Of a stretch of 64,000 nucleotides of DNA, positions 57,780-64,000 are shown piece by piece (within the stretch, counting starts at the first letter, position 1; the number at the start of each line of letters is the position of its first letter). The DNA is from an uncultured Fluviicola sp. (GTDB taxonomy: Bacteria > Bacteroidota > Bacteroidia > Flavobacteriales_D > Crocinitomicaceae). The DNA lies in the NCBI GenBank assembly GCA_966211245.1, contig CBIHND010000011.1, positions 56,274 through 120,273 of the forward strand, written 5' to 3'. A program made the translations under genes and the position numbers. The notes under the pieces were generated by a model. That model saw only the letters and a program-made list of their open reading frames with translations. It was not told where the DNA came from and did not search any database.

Positions 57780-60223
57780 TAGTAAATACTACTGAAGTTT
57801 GAAGGATCTGCTTCGTGCATAATTGCGTAAGCTGTTTCCACGATGTCGTCAATACTTGGCTTGGAGAAGTAATCTCCATCCGAACCATAGGCCGGACGGT
57901 GATCTTTCGCACTCAATGTTACCGGTGCAGAATCCAAATGATTGTATCCTTTTTGTTCTACCAGGATTTTATCCAACATGAATGCCGTTGCACCTGAGCT
58001 TACGTCTTCGTCTACAATCAATAAACGGTTCGTCTTCTTCAACGATTCTGCGATCGTATGATTCACGTCGAATGGAAGCAATGTTTGTGCATCGATCAAT
58101 TCAACCGAAACTCCCAATTCCATTAATTGTTTCGCAGCTATTTCACACAGGTTAAAGGTTGAACCGTATGAAACCAATGTGATATCCGTTCCTTCCTGAA
58201 CGATTTCAGGAACTCCAAGTGGAGTGGTGAAGGAACCGATGTTGTTCGGCATTTTCTCTTTTGTTCGGTATCCGTTTAGCGGCTCTACAACCAATGCAGG
58301 CTCATCTGCAGCCATCAGTGTATTATAAAATCCTGCGGCTTTTGTCATGTTACGCGGAACACACACATGAATTCCACGGATGGAATTGATGATCATTCCC
58401 ATTGGAGATCCGCTGTGCCAGATTCCTTCCAAACGATGACCACGAGTGGAAACAATCAACGGCGCTTTTTGTCCTCCTTTTGTACGGTACTGAACCGTTG
58501 CCAGATCATCAGACATGATTTGAATTCCGTACAATAAGTAATCCAGGTATTGAATTTCAGCAATCGGACGCAAACCGCGCATTGCCATACCAATTCCCTG
58601 ACCGATAATTGTACATTCACGAATTCCTACATCTGAAACGCGCAACTGTCCAAACTGATCCTGTAACCCTTCCAACGATTGGTTTACACCACCAATTTTA
58701 CCTGCATCTTCTCCGAAGATCAATGCTTCAGGATGTTTTTCGAAGATGCTGCGGAAATTCTCACGAAGAATAATTCTTCCGTCTTCCATTGGAGCATCGT
58801 TATCGTATGCCGGAGCAACAGAAGGAACCGCAAGAGCATTGCTGGCTGACTCTGAGTACAGGTATGAACTATAGCGGTCGTAATTAACCGCAGTTTCCTG
58901 CTTCAACCATGCTATTGCAGCGGCACGCGCCGGACCATTTTCTCCTCTTGCATAACGCAATGATTTGCGTACAGCGTTGAAAATATCTTTGCGTACAGGT
59001 TCCATCGCCTGTTTCAATCCGTCGATTTCTTTTTGAATGAACGTTCCGTTGGCACTTTCAGCCGCAAGAGCAGAAAGAACTTCAACAGCAGATGTCAAAT
59101 CCTGCTTCAATACTGCAGAAAATTCTGCCCACGCTGCGCGTTTTTGCTCGTTTACAAATTTCTTCGCTTCGGCAGCAATTGCCGTCAATTCTTCTTCTGT
59201 AGAGATGGTATCTCCATCTGCATTAAATGCCAAAATCCACTCTTTGAATTTTGCAATACAATCGAATTCAGATTCCCATTTCAAGCGCTTTTCGTCCTTA
59301 TAGCGTTCATGTGATCCGGAAGTCGAGTGTCCTTGTGGCTGATTCACCTCCTTTACGTGTACCAAAACAGGTACGTGTTGTTCGCGTGCTACTGCGACTG
59401 CTTTTTCGTAAGTTTCACACAGGTGAGCATAATCCCATCCCTTCGTAACGAAGATTTCATAACCGGTTGAGTTCTTTGTGCGCTGCATTCCGCTCAAAGC
59501 TTCTGAAATACTTCCTTTTGTTGTCTGGTATTCGCGAGGAACAGAAATTCCGTAACCGTCATCCCAAACCGACATAACCATTGGCACTTGCAGAACTCCT
59601 GCGGCATTAATGGTTTCCCAGAAAGGTCCTTCTGAAGTTGAAGCGTCACCGATTGTTCCGAATGCTACTTCGTTTCCGTTATTACTGAATTTTTTAAAAG
59701 CTTCAAGATCTTTCAGAGTGGGGTGATTTCTGTAAATTTTTGAAGCCTGAGCAAGTCCAAGCAGGCGAGGCATTTGTCCTGCGGTAGGAGAAATATCTGC
59801 GGAAGAGTTTTTCTGCTCCATCAGGTTTTTCCAGTTCCCGTCCTTATCCAGGTTACGGGTTGAAAAGTGACCTCCCATTTGACGACCAGCGCTCTGAGGT
59901 TCAACTTCTTCGTCGGTATGTGCATACAATCCGGCAAAGTACTGCTTTACGTTCAACTGATCGATCGCCATCATAAGGGTTTGATCGCGATAGTATCCTG
60001 AACGGAAATCACCGTTTTTGAATTGTTTTGCAAGGGCAATCTGAGCCAACTCTTTTCCATCTCCGAAGATTCCAAACTTTGCTTTACCGGTCAAAACTTC
60101 TTTTCTTCCAAGAAGTGACGTCTCACGGGAAATACATGCCAATCGGAAATCTTCCAGAACTTGTTCTTTGAACGCTTTAAAGTCCACAGCTGTTGTTGTT
60201 TCTGTTACGGGGCTTGATGACAT
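57779..60223 (-). CDS. 2-oxoacid dehydrogenase E1, fused alpha/beta subunits (branched-chain type likely)
   Basis: GDGKE, GYYRDQ, GRQMGGHF, GDASTSEG.FWE..N TPP site, GIRE..I.GQGIG, GIWHSGSP; start MSSSPV. Confidence 0.93.
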   Translation of the reverse strand: MSSSPVTETTTAVDFKAFKEQVLEDFRLACISRETSLLGRKEVLTGKAKFGIFGDGKELAQIALAKQFKNGDFRSGYYRDQTLMMAIDQLNVKQYFAGLYAHTDEEVEPQSAGRQMGGHFSTRNLDKDGNWKNLMEQKNSSADISPTAGQMPRLLGLAQASKIYRNHPTLKDLEAFKKFSNNGNEVAFGTIGDASTSEGPFWETINAAGVLQVPMVMSVWDDGYGISVPREYQTTKGSISEALSGMQRTKNSTGYEIFVTKGWDYAHLCETYEKAVAVAREQHVPVLVHVKEVNQPQGHSTSGSHERYKDEKRLKWESEFDCIAKFKEWILAFNADGDTISTEEELTAIAAEAKKFVNEQKRAAWAEFSAVLKQDLTSAVEVLSALAAESANGTFIQKEIDGLKQAMEPVRKDIFNAVRKSLRYARGENGPARAAAIAWLKQETAVNYDRYSSYLYSESASNALAVPSVAPAYDNDAPMEDGRIILRENFRSIFEKHPEALIFGEDAGKIGGVNQSLEGLQDQFGQLRVSDVGIRECTIIGQGIGMAMRGLRPIAEIQYLDYLLYGIQIMSDDLATVQYRTKGGQKAPLIVSTRGHRLEGIWHSGSPMGMIINSIRGIHVCVPRNMTKAAGFYNTLMAADEPALVVEPLNGYRTKEKMPNNIGSFTTPLGVPEIVQEGTDITLVSYGSTFNLCEIAAKQLMELGVSVELIDAQTLLPFDVNHTIAESLKKTNRLLIVDEDVSSGATAFMLDKILVEQKGYNHLDSAPVTLSAKDHRPAYGSDGDYFSKPSIDDIVETAYAIMHEADPSNFSSIY

Positions 60224-60308
60224 TTTTCGATTAATCTTTAGTTGCACAAATATAATGAAAGAAGGGACGCAAATTACGGCGTCCCTTCCAGAAAATATAG
60301 GGCTGATT

Positions 60309-61814
60309 TTAGTCTTCGTCGAAGAGATCAAACGAGTGACCGGGGTATAGCACTCCCTGGTGCTCTTTGTTCAAATCAGCTATTTGTTGGCGTTCTATAC
60401 TGAGTTTTTTTCCAAGTGGAACTTCGATCACAATTTCTACACGTTGTCCCCGCATTCCATCTTTCAATGGATAGCTGTAACTTGGAGCAATCTGAAGTTT
60501 GTTTCCAATTACATCAATTTCGTGGCGGATTTTTGCACCATTTTTCACAGCTGCAGTTCGGTCTACGCCATTTCCGCTAAGCAATTGATAAACGTGGAAG
60601 AGAGAGTCGATGGAAGGGCGAGTTTTGATGTATATTCCATTTGAATAAATTCGTCCGTTTTCGATGCGAGTGAATTCGAAACCGGCAGTGTTGGTTACCT
60701 TTTTATTATCGATATACTGGGTAACTTCTTCCACCTGCAGGGAGTCGGCATCAATAACAATGTGTTTGTTTTCTACTTCTCCTTCTACCGAAAAGTCGCG
60801 TATTGTCTGAACAGATGAAATAATCAGAAGAATAATTCCTGTAGCGAAAGCTGCCGGAAGTGCGATCATGCTGTAAGTGAAGAAACGAGATTTTTTTCTC
60901 ATCAAAATGCGTGTTCCCAGAATAATCCCAATGACTGGCGCTGAGTATCCTGTCAATAGCAAACTGTTCCAGAATAATCCAATTGACCCGTCAGTTGGCC
61001 CGGCAAGTTTGGAGTACTCATACAAAGAAGCATATTGCTGATCACCTGTCACTGGAAAGAAGTCAATAACACCGGTAACAACCAAAGTGAATCCGACCAG
61101 CCAAAGTGAAGATATCGTAATGAATGCTACTGCCATGATTTTCCCGATAATCCCCACAAATGTTCGGGCACGTTCCGCAAGTTGGTCGTTGTTTCTGAAT
61201 CGATTTGATGCGTTCATTACATCATCTTTAACACGAGTTGCTGTTTTGTTGATCTCATCCTTGATATTATCTACTGTTACCGGAACGCCTCGTAATTGCA
61301 ACCGGTCAGAAGGCGTTTTTACGTTTGGGAGAACGATCCATAAAACAATGTAGAGGAAGAATCCGAATCCCATGAAAAAAGCGATGATGAACAATATTTT
61401 GATGATTACAGGATCAACGTTAAGGTAAGCAGCCAAACCGGTACAAACCCCTCCAAGGGCACCGTTTTCGGTGTCACGGAACAGGCGACGCTGCCCAGTG
61501 TGCTGACCGCGTTCTTCGTGTTGTCTTCCCGATTCCGCTTTGGGAGCATCTTCTGAAATGACTTCAGGTTCCCCGAGTGAGCTAACTGCGTGTTCAACTT
61601 CAGCAAGTGTTACAACGATGAGTTTTTTCTCGTTCAGTTGTTCCTGTAGAATTTCCGCGCAACGCATTTCAATGTCTTCAACGATTTCGTTAACTCCTTC
61701 CTCTCCCGCCAATGAGGCTTCGAGTTTCTTCAGGTAAGCTTGCAATCGGTCGTAGGCATCTTCTTCGATGGTGAAGAGTTGTCGACCTAAATGTATTGAG
61801 AGTGTCTTTTTCAT
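60309..61814 (-). CDS. PspC-domain membrane protein
   Basis: FTIEEDAYDRL..YL, DIEMRCAE, RRLFRD...ALGGVC.GLAAYL.VDP. Confidence 0.92.
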   Translation of the reverse strand: MKKTLSIHLGRQLFTIEEDAYDRLQAYLKKLEASLAGEEGVNEIVEDIEMRCAEILQEQLNEKKLIVVTLAEVEHAVSSLGEPEVISEDAPKAESGRQHEERGQHTGQRRLFRDTENGALGGVCTGLAAYLNVDPVIIKILFIIAFFMGFGFFLYIVLWIVLPNVKTPSDRLQLRGVPVTVDNIKDEINKTATRVKDDVMNASNRFRNNDQLAERARTFVGIIGKIMAVAFITISSLWLVGFTLVVTGVIDFFPVTGDQQYASLYEYSKLAGPTDGSIGLFWNSLLLTGYSAPVIGIILGTRILMRKKSRFFTYSMIALPAAFATGIILLIISSVQTIRDFSVEGEVENKHIVIDADSLQVEEVTQYIDNKKVTNTAGFEFTRIENGRIYSNGIYIKTRPSIDSLFHVYQLLSGNGVDRTAAVKNGAKIRHEIDVIGNKLQIAPSYSYPLKDGMRGQRVEIVIEVPLGKKLSIERQQIADLNKEHQGVLYPGHSFDLFDED

Positions 61815-61824
61815 AATTCTTGTT

Positions 61825-62154
61825 TTAAGCTTTCGTAGTTACGGTTTCAACTGCGTGTTGCAGTTCGTTCCAGGTTGTCTTAAGTGCTTCGAGTGCCGTT
61901 TTTCCTTCGTCAGTTATGGCGTAGTATTTTCTTGGCGGACCTGAAGTAGATTCCTCCCAGCGATAGGTGAGGAGTTCCATGTTTTTAAGTCGGGTCAGCA
62001 ATGGGTAAAGTGTGCCTTCCACTACAATCAGCTTCGCGTTTTTGAGCTGATCCAGAATTTCTGAAGGATAAGCTTCGTGCTTGCTGAGGATACTTAAGAT
62101 ACAGAACTCCAGGATACCTTTCCGCATTTGCGCTTGTGTATTCTCGTGGTTCAT
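61825..62154 (-). CDS. PadR-family transcriptional regulator
   Basis: QMRKGILEFCIL, VVEGTLYPLLTRLK, WEESTSGPPRKYY. Confidence 0.95.
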   Translation of the reverse strand: MNHENTQAQMRKGILEFCILSILSKHEAYPSEILDQLKNAKLIVVEGTLYPLLTRLKNMELLTYRWEESTSGPPRKYYAITDEGKTALEALKTTWNELQHAVETVTTKA

Positions 62155-62191
62155 AAAGTACTATTTATGACACAAATATATGTATAGTTTG

Positions 62192-62212
62192 GTACTATGC
62201 AAAACAAAGTAC
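62192..62212. promoter_or_regulatory. Putative PadR operator palindrome
   Basis: GTACTATGCAAAACAAAGTAC upstream of the TATATTTG -7 box; degenerate second copy at 62158. Confidence 0.55.
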
Positions 62213-62389
62213 TTTTTTTAACATTTCTTTACAGGTGAATCAGTGAAGTGCCGCGTTAAAGAAAAAGTTAGTCAACCAATATGTTGACAGACAGCTTGTT
62301 GAGTGTGGGGTGGTGAGAAAAGTGATTTTTTACCTGTTACCTTTTGCCGTTTTGCGCATTAGCTTTGTGACGAATAATTTAATCATCTA

Positions 62390-62962
62390 ATGAAAAAAAT
62401 CACATTTCTTGTGGCCATGCTATGCTTGAGTCAGCAGGCCAAATCTCAGGATTACTATCACGCAATCGGAGGAGCTTACAACATTGGGCTCTATCAACAG
62501 GAATACACTTCAGTAAGTGAGAATGTTGATTATTCAGGGACATCCGCTTTGGGGGTCGGACTGATTGTGTACAAAGCAACACTTGCTTTTGAATTATCGC
62601 GAAGCTCCAGCTTTGCTGTTTCGGCGTATCCGGGAGTAGGAGGGTATATGTCCAGCAGGTATGGCTCTTACATTGGTTATCAATTACCGGTTCTTGGCGA
62701 AATGTATTTCGGAGATGTCGATGACGCTCATTTTAATGTTGGTGCCGGGTTCTTTTATGGTGGGATTTCAGCCGGAGGGACAATCATGGGACCACAGTTA
62801 TCCGTTGGCGGACAGTTTGAATTTCGGGATCAATTGATCGGAATACGAGGTTATTACACGTTAGGGGTTAATAAATCCAAAAATTTTCCTGCAGACGCAG
62901 AGAACGTAGTAGACAAGAAATCACTTTTCGGAGTTTCGTTTCACTACCCGTTAGGGCAATAA
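62390..62962 (+). CDS. Exported hypothetical protein, small beta-barrel-like
   Basis: Signal peptide, alternating aromatic/Gly strands, TAGCTTTG promoter upstream. Confidence 0.7.
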   Translation: MKKITFLVAMLCLSQQAKSQDYYHAIGGAYNIGLYQQEYTSVSENVDYSGTSALGVGLIVYKATLAFELSRSSSFAVSAYPGVGGYMSSRYGSYIGYQLPVLGEMYFGDVDDAHFNVGAGFFYGGISAGGTIMGPQLSVGGQFEFRDQLIGIRGYYTLGVNKSKNFPADAENVVDKKSLFGVSFHYPLGQ

Positions 62963-63009
62963 GATCGATTGCTTGTTAAACTAACTTCCTAAACACCACA
63001 GAAGTAGAA

Positions 63010-63051
63010 GTCCCTGACCTTCGGCATGTTCGGAGGTTGGGGATTTTTTTT
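63010..63051 (+). terminator. Intrinsic terminator
   Basis: TCCCTGACCTTCGG...CGGAGGTTGGGGA followed by a T run. Confidence 0.75.
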
Positions 63052-63054
63052 GGG

Positions 63055-63128
63055 GACATAAGACATAAGTTGATCCTTAAAAAACAAAATCAATTCTATG
63101 TGGTCTTTCGTCTTCTGTCTACAGTCTA
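63055..63128. repeat. Heptad-periodic inverted repeat element D
   Basis: GACATAA x2 on the left; GTCT at 63103, 63110, 63117 and 63124 on the right; inner TTGAT/ATCAA stem. Confidence 0.7.
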
Positions 63129-63140
63129 AATATTTTTACA

Positions 63141-63190
63141 AAAAAAGAACCCCGACGTCCACTAAAGCGGAGTCGGGGTTCGTATTTTTT
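63141..63190 (-). terminator. Intrinsic terminator of rpsA
   Basis: GAACCCCGAC...GTCGGGGTTC with an A run on the plus strand. Confidence 0.85.
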
Positions 63191-63201
63191 GAAAAGTGAG
63201 A

Positions 63202-64000
63202 TTACTCTCCTCCTTCCATTTTCTCTTTCAACGCAGCCAATGCATCCAAATCTCCTAATGTAGATTTTTCGTTGCTTTGGTTGTTAGCTTTAACAGCCTG
63301 CGCAGTTGCAGATCCTCCGCCAGTAGAAGTTTTCTTACCTCCTTTAGCAGGTTTCTCATCTGTACCTTCTTCGAACATGCGTGTATGAGAAACTACGATT
63401 TTCTTAGAATCTTTGTTGAACTCGATTACTTTGAAATCAAGAGTTTCTTCAACTTTAGCGTTTGTTCCATCTTCTTTACGTAGGTGCTTAGAAGGACAAA
63501 TTCCTTCAACACCGTAAGGAAGAGCAACTACACCTGCTTTGTCCTTAGTTTCGATGATAGTTCCCTGGTGAACCGATCCTTCTCCGAAGATAGTTTCAAA
63601 CACATCCCATGGATTTTCTTCCAATTGTTTGTGTCCAAGAGAAATACGACGGTTTTCACGATCGATTTCCAATACAACTACTTCCATCTCGTCACCTACC
63701 TTACAGAATTCAGATGGGTGCTTGATTTTCTTCTGCCATGAAAGGTCAGAAATGTGGATCAATCCGTCAACTCCTTCTTCCAACTCAACGAATACACCGA
63801 AGTTAGTGAAGTTGCGAACTTTTGCTTTGTGCTTAGTTCCCGCTGCGTATTTCGCTTCGATTTCAGCCCATGGGTCTGGCATCAATTGCTTAATACCCAA
63901 TGACATCTTACGCTCTTCACGATCCAAAGTAAGGATAACTGCCTCAACAGTATCACCAACTTTCATGAAATCCTGAGCTGAACGCAAGTGCTGAGACCAT
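63202..64000 (-). CDS. rpsA: 30S ribosomal protein S1, 5' end outside window
   Basis: WSQHLRSAQDF, LGIKQL..DPW, NFTNFGVFVELEEGVDGLIHISDLSW, STLGDLDALAALK tail. Confidence 0.98.
   Translation of the reverse strand, partial: WSQHLRSAQDFMKVGDTVEAVILTLDREERKMSLGIKQLMPDPWAEIEAKYAAGTKHKAKVRNFTNFGVFVELEEGVDGLIHISDLSWQKKIKHPSEFCKVGDEMEVVVLEIDRENRRISLGHKQLEENPWDVFETIFGEGSVHQGTIIETKDKAGVVALPYGVEGICPSKHLRKEDGTNAKVEETLDFKVIEFNKDSKKIVVSHTRMFEEGTDEKPAKGGKKTSTGGGSATAQAVKANNQSNEKSTLGDLDALAALKEKMEGGE

Noticed and set aside
11467-63128. Periodic repeats considered as CRISPR arrays or phase-variation SSRs
   Set aside because: There are no 23-47 bp repeats with unique spacers and no cas genes; units are degenerate, inverted and intergenic, not perfect slippage tracts in promoters or CDS
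147-63976. Many 60-147 aa ORFs overlapping recognised genes on the opposite strand or in other frames (e.g. 5624..6040, 10131..10574, 22138..22734, 41416..41853)
   Set aside because: They are shadow ORFs of well-supported genes, with no motifs or independent promoters
1-64000. tRNA, rRNA, transposase, integrase or phage genes
   Set aside because: No cloverleaf, rRNA-like segment or recombinase motifs were seen, and there are no unexplained gaps larger than about 340 bp

Overview
This is an ordinary, gene-dense chromosomal segment from a Bacteroidota bacterium. T9SS C-terminal sorting domains, TAnnTTTG promoters, type III glutamine synthetase and a long-tailed S16 support the phylum; the gene style suggests a Fluviicola/Crocinitomicaceae-like organism (inference). 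Housekeeping genes (panB, pdxH, rimM, rpsP, gcvT, GSIII, hemE, ung, fused 2-oxoacid dehydrogenase E1, rpsA) are interleaved with at least eight T9SS-secreted cargo genes. I found no rRNA, tRNA, CRISPR array, transposase, integrase, reverse transcriptase or recognisable defence system. The best leads are: (1) gene-less intergenic hairpins built from 7-nt or 9-nt periodic units, plus a 131-bp TIR-bounded element; (2) a T9SS-secreted PHM/DBH-type copper monooxygenase with a CxxCH heme motif; (3) a TMTC-like GT-C/TPR putative O-mannosyltransferase; (4) an HhH-domain outer-membrane barrel paired with a PorV/FadL-like barrel, a candidate pilus-independent DNA-uptake module; (5) two tandem adhesin-like paralogs with conserved ends and a divergent central domain, next to a membrane TPR-LuxR regulator with 21-bp-periodic repeats; (6) an XRE-pentapeptide-repeat fusion behind three 21-bp-phased operator-like repeats; (7) a Cys/His-rich three-gene metal module coupled to the E1 gene. 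All family calls come from motifs recognised by eye; no searches were run.
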